From NCBI GenBank assembly GCA_950097015.1, contig CATNEN010000005.1, positions 3,720,001 through 3,784,000 of the forward strand: a DNA stretch of 64,000 nt. The letters run 5' to 3'. The stretch is from Macrostomum hystrix (taxonomy: Eukaryota; Animalia; Platyhelminthes). Positions 1 through 11,566 of the stretch are shown piece by piece (within the stretch, counting starts at the first letter, position 1; each line of letters starts with the position of its first letter). Position numbers and translations under genes: made by a program. Under the pieces are notes generated by a model that searched no databases, was not told the DNA's origin, and was given only the letters and a program-made list of their open reading frames with translations.

Positions 1-170
1 TTCAGTGGACAGGTTGGAAGAGTCAGCGGACAGATCGGTAATGTCTGTGGACATAATGATTCTGTCAGTGGACTGGTTTTGAATAGTAAAATGACAATAA
101 ATTTAATTTAGTGGACAGATTGGAGCAGTCAGTGGACATGTTGGGACTGTCAGTGGACAGGTCGGGGGCG
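1..170. repeat. Degenerate CAGTGGACAG short repeat (intronic)
   Basis: About six imperfect copies of (GT)CAGTGGAC(AG) with variable spacing. Confidence 0.5.
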
Positions 171-217
171 TCTTTTCGATTGCAAGGCCAACAAACCCCA
201 CTCCTTGAACTGAGCAG

Positions 218-490
218 GGCAATTTGATTGGCCAAGCCGGTAGTCATGGCAACGGCACAGACCAGGTGCTGCAACCCTACGGCGTCACCAGTGACACCAG
301 CGGGCAGGTGATGGTGGCAGACAACAGCAATCACCGAATTCACCTGCTTGGCAGCGATGGTCGGTTTGCAAAATTTGTAGTCAGCAAATTCGACGGCCTC
401 TGGCACCCGATGGCGCTGGCGATAACGCCTGAAGGATTCCTGGCCGTGACGGAAGCACTTGGCAAAGTCAAGGTTTTCAAGTACATGTGA
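218..490 (+). CDS. Terminal exon of an NHL-repeat beta-propeller protein (TRIM2/TRIM3/TRIM71-like); 5' exons lie outside the window
   Basis: Acceptor tgagcAG at 216-217, then GNLIGQAGSHGNGTDQVLQPYGVTSDTSGQVMVADNSNHRIHLL...WHPMALAITPEGFLAVTEALGKVKVFKYM*. The P.GV..D..G...VAD..NHRI motif and VKVFKY ending are typical of NHL repeats. In-frame TGA at 206 upstream; AATAAA at ~760. Confidence 0.85.
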   Translation, partial: GNLIGQAGSHGNGTDQVLQPYGVTSDTSGQVMVADNSNHRIHLLGSDGRFAKFVVSKFDGLWHPMALAITPEGFLAVTEALGKVKVFKYM

Positions 491-828
491 CTGAACTGAT
501 GCGGGATGTTTGAGCACAATTGCGATCCTAAGTTTGTTTCTTAGAAATTGAATTTCTGGTACAAGTTTTCTAGCTGAATCACGCTTGCATATCGATTCTT
601 TAATTAATTTTTTGTTTTCTTAATTATTCAAGAAAAAAATGTCAAAAATTATTCACATTCGCTATTGCTACGTTTAAAAGTAATAAGTAAATATTATTAG
701 AACAGCAACGATTTAGTTGAATTTTTGCTAATAGCAAAATATGCAGCAAAAAATATTTGAATAAATGATCTAATAGTGGTTCGAAATTTTTCATGTCTCT
801 TTTTAGCTATATTTAGTTTTTGGCCTGG

Positions 829-1495
829 AAGAATCGCAAGATTCCTAGAATCGCAAGATTCCTGGAATCGCAAGATTCCTAGAATCGCAAGATTCCTAGA
901 ATCGCAAGATTCCTAGAATCGCAAGATTCCTAGAATCGCAAGATTCCTAGAATCGCAAGATTCCTAGAATCGCAAGATTCCTAGAATCGCAAGATTCCTA
1001 GAATCGCAAGTTTCCTAGAATCGCAAGATTCCTAGAATCGCAAGATTCCTAGAATCGCAAGATTCCTAGAATCGCAAGATTCCTAGAATCGCAAGATTCC
1101 TAGAATCGCAAGATTCCTAGAATCGCAAGATTCCTAGAATCTATTCCTAGAACCTATTCCTAGATTCCTAGAATCGCAAGATTCCTAGAATCGCAAGATT
1201 CCTAGAATCTATTCCTAGAACCTATTCCTAGATTCCTAGAATCGTAAGTTTCCTAGAATCGTAAGTTTCCTAGAATCGCAAGTTTCCTAGAATCGTAAGT
1301 TTCCTATAATCTATTCCTAGAACCTATTCCTAGATTCCTAGAATCGTAAGTTTCCTAGAATCGTAAGTTTCCTAGAATCGTTAGTTTCCTAGAATCGCAA
1401 GATTCCTAGAATCGCAAGTTTCCTAGAATCGCAAGTTTCCTAGAATCGCAAGTTTCCTAGAATCTATTCCTAGAACCTATTCCTATATTCCTAGA
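829..1495. repeat. 17-bp minisatellite CCTAGAATCGCAAGATT
   Basis: Roughly 35 tandem units; variants AAGTTT, CGTAAG and ATCTATTCCTAGAACCTATT accumulate toward the 3' end. Confidence 0.95.
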
Positions 1496-2139
1496 GTAGG
1501 CACATGAATTCTTTCAAAATCGGCTCATTTAAGTAAAATAAAATAAAATGTAAAGGGTGTTTAAAGCTTTAGCACATATTCATATGCATAATTTCTTTGA
1601 GATTAATTTCACTCGTAAAAGATTAGGATTTAAAAATTTTATTATTATAGTAAAAAGGTAATTTAAATGTCTTAAGAATAATGTAACTTTAACTTATCGC
1701 TGAAAAAAATCAAAAAATTTATAGATTAAAATTTAAACAAAATTTAGACGGTACACCAAAGTTGAGTTTTAAATGAAAAATGTGAAATAATGAGAGATTA
1801 TAATACATGAGATTGCACAACAGACCTATAAAACAGTCACTAGAAGATAGGGCATTGATCTTGTGTAAAATAATTATTTTTTTAGAAAACGATTCAAATT
1901 TAGCTAAGCAGACTAGATCTAACACTAGAACGTGGAAAATAGTGATTTTTTAATAAAAGGAATTAATAAAAAGTGGAATGTTTAATATATTTGCTTTCTG
2001 GAATGTGCATAAACTAACACAGCAATGGATAGAGATTTTTAAATTGAATTTATTGCACTGACGTCAGCTGTATCTCGGAAAAAATTGTAAATTGTAAAGA
2101 AAAAAGTATTGCACAAACAGAACAAAGTACAAAAACGAT

Positions 2140-5100
2140 TGAGTAGCTACTCTTTAGTGTAGAGCAGCTAAATATATGAAGGAAGAGTAGCTACTGATTA
2201 TCGATTGAGTAGCTACTGATTAGGGGTTGAGTAGCTACTGATTAGAGGTTGAGTAGCTACTGATTATGGGTTGAAAAGCTACTGATTAGGGCTGAGTAGC
2301 TACTGATTAGGGGTTGAGTAGCTACTGATTAGGGGTTGAGTAGCTACTGATTAGGGGTTGAGTAGCCACTGATTAGGGGTTGAGTAGCTACTGATTAGGG
2401 GTTGAGTAGCTACTGATTAGGGGTTGAGTAGCCACTGATTAGGGGTTGAGTAGCCACTGATTAGGGGTTGAGTAGCTACTGATTAGGGGTTGAGTAGCTA
2501 CTAATTAGGGGTTGAGTAGCTACTGATTAGGGGTTGAGTAGCCACTGATTAGGGGTTGAGTAGCCACTGATTAGGGGTTGAGTAGCTACTGATTAGGGGT
2601 TGAGTAGCTACTGATTAGGGGTTGAGTAGCTACTGATTAGGGGTTGAGTAGCTACTGATTAGGGGTTGAGTAGCCACTGATTAGGGGTTGAGTAGCTACT
2701 GATTAGGGGTTGAGTAGCTACTGATTAGGGGTTGAGTAGCCACTGATTAGGGGTTGAGTAGCTACTGATTAGGGGTTGAGTAGCTACTGATTAGGGGTTG
2801 AGTAGCCACTGATTATGGGTTGAGTAGCCACTGATTAGGGGTTGAGTAGCTACTGATTAGGGGTTGAGTAGCTACTGATTAGGGGTTGAGTAGCCACTGA
2901 TTATGGGTTGAGTAGCTACTGATTAGGGGTTGAGTAGCTACTGATTAGGGGTTGAGTAGCTACTGATTAGGGGTTGAGTAGCCACTGATTAGGGGTTGAG
3001 TAGCCACTGATTAGGGGTTGAGTAGCCACTGATTAGGGGTTGAGTAGCCTCTGATTAGGGGTTGAGTAGCCACTGATTATGGATTGAGTAGCCACTGATT
3101 AGGGGTTGAGTAGCCACTGATTAGGGGTTGAGTAGCCACTGATTAGGAGTTGAGTAGCCACTGATTAGGGGTTGAGTAGCCACTGATTAGGGGTTGAGTA
3201 GCCACTGATTAGGGGTTAAGTAGCTACTGATTAGGGTTGAGTAGCTACTGATTATGGGTTGAGTAGCTACTGATTAGGGATTGAGTAGCTACTGATTAGG
3301 GGTTGAGTAGCTACTGATTAGGGGTTGAGTAGCTACTGATTATGGGTTGAGTAGCTACTGATTAGGGGTTGAGTAGCTACTGATTATGGGTTGAGTAGCT
3401 ACTGATTAGGGGTTGAGTAGCCACTGATTAGGAGTTGAGTAGCTAATGATTAAGGGTTGAGTAGCCACTGATTAGGGGTTAAGTAGCTACTGATTAGGGT
3501 TGAGTAGCTACTGATTAAGGGTTGAGTAGCCACTGATTAGGGGTTGAGTAGCCACTGATTAGGGGTTGAGTAGCTACTGATTATGGGTTGAGTAGCCACT
3601 GATTAGGGGTTGAGTAGCTACTGATTATGGGTTGAGTAGCTACTGATTAGGGATTGAGTAGCTACTGATTAGGGGTTGAGTAGCTACTGATTAGGGGTTG
3701 AGTAGCTACTGATTATGGGTTGAGTAGCTACTGATTAGGGGTTGAGTAGCTACTGATTAGGGATTGAGTAGCCACTGATTAGGGGTTGAGTAGCCACTGA
3801 TTAGGGGTTGAGTAGCCACTGATTAGGGGTTGAGTAGCCACTGATTAGGGGTTGAGTAGCTACTGATTAGGGGTTGAGTAGCCACTGATTAGGGGTTGAG
3901 TAGCCACTGATTATGGATTGAGTAGCCACTGATTAGGGGTTGAGTAGCCACTGATTAGGGGTTGAGTAGCTACTGATTAGGGGTTGAGTAGCCACTGATT
4001 AGGGGTTGAGTAGCCACTGATTAGGGGTTGAGTAGCCACTGATTAGGGGTTTAGTAGCCACTGATTAGGGGTTGAGTAGCTACTGATTATGGGTTGAGTA
4101 GCTACTGATTAGGGGTTGAGTAGCCACTGATTAGGGGTTGAGTAGCCACTGATTAGGGGTTGAGTAGCCACTGATTATGGATTGAGTAGCCACTGATTAG
4201 GGGTTGAGTAGCTACTGATTAGGGGTTGAGTAGCCACTGACTAGGGGTTGAGTAGCCACTGATTAGGGATTGAGTAGCCACTGATTAGGGATTGAGTAGC
4301 CACTGATTAGCGGTTGAGTAGCTACTGATTAGGGATGTAGTAGCCACTGATTAGGGGTTGAGTAGCCACTGATTAGGGGTTGAGTAGCCACTGATTAGGG
4401 ATTGAGTAGCAACTGATTAGGGATTGAGTAGCCACTGATTAGGGGTTGAGTAGCTACTGATTAGGGATTGAGTAGCCACTGATTAGGGGTTGAGTAGCCA
4501 CTGATTAGGGGTTGAGTAGCCACTGATTAGGGGTTGAGTAGCCACTGATTAGGGGTTAAGTAGCTACTGATTAGGGTTGAGTAGCTACTGATTAGGGGTT
4601 GAGTAGCTACTGATTAGGGGTTGAGTAGCTACTGATTATGGGTTGAGTAGCTACTGATTAGGGGTTGAGTAGCTACTGATTATGGGTTGAGTAGCCACTG
4701 ATTAGGGGTTGAGTAGCTACTGATTATGGGTTGAGTAGCTACTGATTAGGGGTTGAGTAGCTACTGATTATGGGTTGAGTAGCCACTGATTAGGGGTTGA
4801 GTAGCTACTGATTAGGGGTTGAGTAGCTACTGATTAGGGGTTGAGTAGCTACTGATTAGGGGTTGAGTAGCCACTGATTAGGGGTTGAGTAGCCACTGAT
4901 TAGGGATTGAGTAGCAACTGATTAGGGATTGAGTAGCCACTGATTAGGGGTTGAGTAGCTACTGATTAGGGATTGAGTAGCCACTGATTAGGGGTTGAGT
5001 AGCCACTGATTAGGGGTTGAGTAGCCACTGATTAGGGGTTGAGTAGCCACTGATTAGGGGTTAAGTAGCTACTGATTAGGGTTGAGTAGCTACTGATTAT

Positions 5101-6215
5101 GGGTTGAGTAGCTACTGATTAGGGATTGAGTAGCTACTGATTAGGGGTTGAGTAGCTACTGATTAGGGGTTGAGTAGCTACTGATTATGGGTTGAGTAGC
5201 TACTGATTAGGGGTTGAGTAGCTACTGATTATGGGTTGAGTAGCCACTGATTAGGGGTTGAGTAGCTACTGATTAGGGGTTGAGTAGCCACTGATTAGGA
5301 GTTGAGTAGCTAATGATTAAGGGTTGAGTAGCCACTGATTAGGGGTTGAGTAGCCACTGATTAGGGGTTGAGTAGCCACTGATTAGGGGTTGAGTAGCTA
5401 CTGATTAGGGGTTGAGTAGCTACTGATTAGGGGTTGAGTAGCCACTGATTAGCGGTTGAGTAGCTACTGATTAGGGGTTGGGTAGCTACTGATTAGGGGT
5501 TGAGTAGCTACTGATTAGGGGTTGAGTAGCCACTGATTAGGGGTTGAGTAGCCACTGATTATGGGTTGAGTAGCCACTGATTAGGGGTTGAGTAGCCACT
5601 GATTAGGGGTTGAGTAGCTACTGATTAGGGGTTGAGTAGCCACTGATTAGGGGTTGAGTAGCTACTGATTAGGGGTTCAGTAGCTAATGATTAGGAGTTG
5701 AGTAGCTACTGATTAGGGGTTGAGTAGCCACTGATTAGGGGTTGAGTAGCTACTGATTAGGGGTTGAGTAGCCACTGATTAGGGGTTGAGTAGCTACTGA
5801 TTAGGGGTTGAGTAGCCACTGATTAGGGGTTGAGTAGCTAATGATTAGGGGTTGAGTAGCTACTGATTAGGGGTTGAGTAGCTACTGATTAGGGGTTGAG
5901 TAGCCACTGATTAGGGGTTGAGTAGCCACTGATTAGGGGTTGAGTAGCCACTGATTAGGGGTTGAGTAGCTACTGATTAGGGATTGAGTAGCCACTGATT
6001 AGGGGTTGAGTAGCTACTGATTAGGGGTTCAGTAGCTAATGATTAGGGATTGAGTAGCCACTGATTAGGGGTTGAGTAGCCACTGATTAGGGGTTGAGTA
6101 GCTACTGATTATGGGTTGAGTAGCTACTGATTAGGGGTTGAGTAGCCACTGATTAAGGGTTGAGTAGCTACTGATTAGGGGTTGAAAAGCTACTGATTAG
6201 GGGTTGAAAAGCTAG
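2140..6215. repeat. 22-bp minisatellite GATTAGGGGTTGAGTAGCTACT (~185 copies)
   Basis: Near-perfect ~4-kb array; variants CTACT/CCACT and TAGGGG/TATGGG/TAGGGA. Confidence 0.97.
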
Positions 6216-6316
6216 TAATTATGGAAGAGTAGACACGCTAAAAGTATAAATTTAAGCTATTTAGCGATTACAACATTACGTTTCTCAGTAAAATCAATTG
6301 ACCAACCAATCAGTAA

Positions 6317-8324
6317 TCAGTAACCTCGATAACCAGCTTGCTGGCCGTATCCGCTGTGAACGGACATTGTGTACGGCTGCGGCTGCTGCTGAGTCAGTCC
6401 ACTGTGCAGCGACATTGTGTATGGCTGCTGCTGCTGCTGCCTGTTGGTACCAGCCGCATAGACGGAACCGGCAGCCGACATAGTCGGAGCTCTAGCCGGG
6501 GCCTGACCGTAGGCGTAGACAGAACCAGCTGCGCCGATGGAGGCCGCATGACGCTGACGTTCAACCTGCTCGTCGCTGTATGACACAAAGTAGAGAAATA
6601 GGCAGCTGACAGCGCTGAGGAAGCAGGACAGAACGGCGAAGGCATAGGACCAGGACAGATGATTGTGATCTGGCCTCGGCATCCAGTTTCTGTCGTCGAT
6701 TTTAACGCCGAAAACGATGACACTGATGAACAGTAGGAGTGCTGAGAATCCCTGCGTGCCAAAGCAGATCGACGACTCGGCATGCCGATTGCCAACCAGA
6801 AGAAAATGGAACAGCATGCAAACTAGGCTGACACAGTGGCTAATGAAGGCTAGGCCGCACATCACCTGGACAGAGATGAACCACGGTGGATCGATCCATT
6901 CCCAGATGCCACGATTCCACAGGTTCCAGTCAAATATCCAATAGCAGCCAGTCCATTCCGTTCCAAAATTGTCCTTGTTAAAAACAATTCAGATAGTATA
7001 TTCTAAATTAATGTAAACATTTAAGTAAAGTTGGCAAACAGTGAACAAAAGAACTATATTTTTTGTTTACTTTTTCCAATACTTCTATACATATTAATTT
7101 AAAATTATAAGAACTTAATGCAGAAAAATAAATGTCAACAAACTTAATCACAATATTTAACAGGATTCACATACTTATACAAAAAAATTGTTTGTTTTTA
7201 ACTTTCTGATTTCAGTAATAATAAGCATAGGCCATAGCCTTAAAATTAAAACCTTACTAGCCATGTTTTCTGGGTCTTGGTAGGCCCAATATCTACACAA
7301 ACAGTAAAAATGCAAAACAGCTTCAAAATATTTTTCCAATTGGTTCCCCATTCCCTATGAGCTTACAGTTGATATATATATCGGCAGTGCTTATCTCCAC
7401 GGTACCGTAGAAATAATTTTTGTCTTATTCCTACGGTACCGTGGGAATAATTTCCTGCTTATCCGCACGGCACACTGACAAGATAGCTGTCCTATCATCT
7501 ATCTTTTTATCATGACTGCAATTTTCTTTTTTTCTTCTGGTTTTTAAAAGCAAGTAAACAAATTAAAGTTTTCTGCTTTTTTCGCAATTAGTTAACCAAT
7601 ACAGTGGCTTTTTTAAGTAGATAGGACAGCTATCTCGTCAGTGTGCCATGCGGATAAGCAGGAAACTATTCCCACAGAATATGTTGAAGATAGGACAGCT
7701 ATCTTGTCAGTGTGCCGTGCGGATAAGCAGGAAATTTTTCCTATGGTACCATAGGAATAAGACAAAAATTATTTCTACGGTACCGTGGGGATAAGCACTG
7801 CCATATATATCTGCATAAAATGTACCTGTAGTTATATAATTTAGCTGATATAACATAGCTTATATAATATCACTTAAAGTGTAATTGTTAATTTTTTCTT
7901 GGTAAACCAATACTCTGAAAGTAGCTAGCTAGCTTCTTTATATCTACAAAGATTGTGCTTATCTTCGTGATCTCATCAATATATATATTAAATTATTTGA
8001 AATTATTTATTTTCAAATTATTGGGCTTTGCAACAATTAAAAAGCTAACTTCGATGATTCAACATTTGTAGTATCGATTAAAAAATCTTAAAAGCATAGG
8101 CCTACCTTTGGGTGAATAAACTTGTCGAAGCAGACGGACCAGAGGCCAACTCTTAGAAATGTGCTTCGCGTATCGGGATAAGCTTCTAACCAATAGGGGC
8201 TGCAGAACGAAAGGAAGTGCAGTAAAATACTTGCTAGCGTTGTACCAATAGCCATATGAAGTGGCAGATCATAAAAAGGGGTCCCATTGGGAAGCGGGAA
8301 GCGCTTCTTTTCCTGCTGATGCAT
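6317..8324 (-). CDS. Invertebrate claudin (PMP22/claudin superfamily; kune-kune/pickel/sinuous-like), 2 exons: 8324-8106 and 6973-6317, ~291 aa
   Basis: Phase-0 intron with AAG|GTAGGC and aacaag|GAC. Protein contains TM1-SPYWL...GLWSVCF...GCYWIF...WFISVQ, three further hydrophobic segments and WMPRPDHNHLSWSY, all hallmarks of invertebrate claudins. Confidence 0.88.
7383..7802. mobile_element. Non-autonomous MITE, Mutator-like (114-bp TIRs, 9-bp TSD), in the claudin intron
   Basis: 7383-7496 is the near-perfect reverse complement of 7689-7802. ATATATATC flanks both ends (7374-7382 and 7803-7811). An extra partial arm copy lies at ~7620-7675. Confidence 0.85.
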
Positions 8325-10091
8325 CTAAGACTCAAATAAAAAGCCGTATGGCCACAAAATAGAATTAATTTATAAAATCAATCGACAATTATCAAACAAC
8401 AAAACACCAACTCAGTCCTGTGAGCCTAAGACTAGACTAATGACCTATTAATCTTAAAAGTAAAAATTTATAATCAATGCGGAACTAAAATGTTAAAAAT
8501 GACACCAGTAATTATTTTTTGTAAACTGTTAAGACAAAAAAATTCTTAGTTAGCTTTTAACTGTTAAATGAAGAATCTAAAAATACTTTTTCTTAAAACT
8601 TAAGAAAAATATAAAATACTACGTTTACTGTGTTTTAATAAGGTGTTCCGTGTTTAAATATTCATGGGACGTAAACTAATAGTGCCTCTATTTATTGTTA
8701 TTGTTTCTCTTTACTAGAACTTTCCTAGCCTCTATTTCTAGAACCTTCTCCTGCGCGAATAAATAAACAAACCCTTCTCCTTCGTGGCCAAATGACTTAA
8801 CTTCTTCGTAATGCACTCACTGGGCTTGTTGCGAGGACTATGTAAAGTAGAGTCTTCTTTCTTACGTAGTCTTTGGATTGTAGACAATTATATCCGTGCC
8901 ATTGATCTTTTCCACAGCAGAACATTATGTTTACAAAACTTAACTTGTGAGCTTTGCCGTATCTCGTTAAAACAAAATTTTATATTGTTTTCTTACCACT
9001 GTGAATACGAAGTGGTAAGCTTTGAATATTCAAAGCACGCTTGAAATAAAGCACGCTTGAATCGCTCGGAATTCCGCTACAAAACTACTTATTTAGAACT
9101 TGTCCACTGGTAGACCAAGCGTCAAAGACGTTTGACTATATGACGTTGGACAAGATATTGGACAAATCACATATATTTATCAAGTTAAAATGTTTATTTT
9201 CGTTGGGATTTTCTAGGAGCGAGGAATGAAGTTGCAATAATTTATTTGCAGGTATGGAATCTGTCACCGTCTGGTCCGTAAGGATTGTAGATCAATCAAC
9301 GATTGAAGGACTATATGGAATCTAGTGAGTCGGTACTTTAAAACTCATGCAAGACTGATCCTAGATATTGCACCAGGATCGGTATAATGACTCCATCAGG
9401 AGCAACGACTACCAGAGCCGCGTTTACTACCGAGCTCATCTGAAGCGCTATAGTTTGTGCTACCTTTATATGTAACAATAATTTGACACATTCACAAAGC
9501 AGAGGGCCATGCGAGCATACGACGAAATTTAATTTGTATCCGTGACCTCACCAAGACATGCTTGTTCTATAATCGTTGCTTTTAGAGAAACCAGCTGTAC
9601 AAATCCGAATGCGTATTGAACTTATCCGATACTCTAAATATTTTCAAAAATCGCTACTCAACTCGCTTTTGGCTCGATCAAAACACTGAGTGTGATGTCT
9701 CATGCAGGCATTCAGATTTTATAACTAAGTGTTCTTTTTGACTCTGCAGAGCACTAGGGTAGAAATTATTGTGGGGAAATCATTGGGGAAACATGGCGAA
9801 GTGTAAGATATTCCTTGCGATCTACCATTATTGTAATGTTTCTGCAACAGACTCATCTCATTCTTTGAAGGAAAAATCAACGAAGTCGTCACCAGCAAGA
9901 AAATCTGAGGATCAGTTCGATGCATGTCGATTCACTAAACCGCTGCTGTTTCAGTCGAATGCGTTCAGAAAAAAGCAAGGGCCATAAATACACCAAAACA
10001 CAGGCTTCCAGTGGAGAAAAGTCTTTTCTGGGCTTTAAACCCGCTGATGAAGCGGTTTTTAGCAATTAAGAACTGCCAATCAATCTCAAAT

Positions 10092-10870
10092 ATGAAAGCA
10101 CTCCATCGCGTTCTTGTGGGTTTCGCTATCCTTGTTGCCATCAGTGTCGGCAAGGCAGTTCTTGGCCGTCAGTTCACAATCAGCTCGAGCCTCGGCTGCT
10201 TTAACGACAATCTGAATGGCATCAGGGACATGAATGGTTCGAAGGACTATGGATTCTATCGAGTCGGCACGGTTTTTGTCACGCAAATCGTACCACAGAT
10301 CAGCAGCGGCCGCATGACGCACGAGCTGTGCAGCACCGTCTGCTCCCAGGGTGGCTTCCGGTACATGGGGCTGCAGAGCTGGAGCCACTGCTTCTGCAGC
10401 AACACCTATGGCTCACTGGGATCTGTTGCTAGCTGGCGTTGCTTTGCGGCTTGCTCGGGAAACCCCGCGCAAATCTGCGGCTATGACTACCTGAACAGCG
10501 TCTTCGAGCTCATCTACAAGGCTGGTCGGTGCTGTCCGAGCGTAGAGCACTTTTCAATGAAATATTTTCCATAGCGAACATGATCAGTTGAGTCACAATG
10601 AGCAGACACCGCCACCCGATTTCAGAGAATCGCAACAGATTCGTGCCCGGAGATCGCAACCTGATCGGCATCAGCAAGCCGGATGCGCCGGCCTACCTGA
10701 CCTTGTGGACGCGCAGTCTGATGCAGTGCGTGAGTCGCTGTCTGATTGGCTGCGAGGCTGTGATTTTCTTCCAGGAGACTGGCATGTGCCACCTGCTGGA
10801 GTACGCTGCCGTGCCTGCTGTGCTCAGCAGTAACGGCACCGTCAGCGGCAAGTACTTCGAAAGAGCCTGA
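10092..10870 (+). CDS. Secreted WSC-domain + PAN/Apple-like protein, copy 1 (exons 10092-10524 and 10626-10870, ~225 aa)
   Basis: Signal peptide MKALHRVLVGFAILVAISVG. WSC signature LGCF...MT..LC...C...GFRYMGLQ...CFCSN......C...CSGN...ICG....NSVF. Phase-1 intron G|GTCGGT...ttcAG. C-terminal SLMQCVSRCLIGCEAVIF...GMCHLL cysteine pattern is Apple-like. Confidence 0.8.
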
Positions 10871-11566
10871 GTTCGAAACATTAGACCGATGGTGAAAGTA
10901 TCTTTAAGCGTGACATTCTGAAAATATCATAGGGTTAAAATCGTAAAAATACAACGATTGACCGCTTTCAAGTCGTTTTTGGCAGAAAACTTGATTGCAT
11001 CAAAATGTTTCGTTAAGGTTGACCGGAAATTAAACTTGATAAGGTTATGTACTCGCGTACTAACGCGATTTCGAATCAGCGAGTCCTTAAAATGACTTTA
11101 CTTGTTTTAATCGATTAAATTTAACGTTTGCCGACAGCGTTTACTAATTCGAACAAATAACGAACCCTTCTGATCGTACGAGTATATCTTGGAACTATGC
11201 CACGGGATACCCAACTCAACTCGTGGTTTTGTCGACCGTCCCTCTCAGTATGAGTGTGATACCTCAAGTATTAAAATTATATATAAGTGCTATTGCTCAT
11301 GACTCGGGGCACCAAAATAGGAATTGCCTTGTGGGACATAAACGAAGCACTGAAGAGACAGAAAATTTTCAGATCAATCCAATGCATGTTGGATCACTAA
11401 ACCGCTGCCGTTACACTTAAGCGCGCTTTGAAAACAATGCGCCAAGGTCCAAAAATACATGCTACATAAAACACACGCATGTAAAGATGAAAAGCTTTTT
11501 CTGAGTTTTTCAAATATGCTGATGAAGCGGTTTTTAGCAATTAAGAACTGCCAATCAATCTCAAAT

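Noticed and set aside
2140-6215. True telomere, interstitial (TTAGGG)n or CRISPR array
   Set aside because: The unit is a 22-mer with TTAGGGG, not tandem hexamers; there are no unique spacers or cas genes; the context is eukaryotic.
8755-11180. AAATAA.C.AACCCTTCT similarity suggesting a longer WSC duplication
   Set aside because: Only ~17 AT-rich bases at an offset inconsistent with the 1475-bp gene offset.
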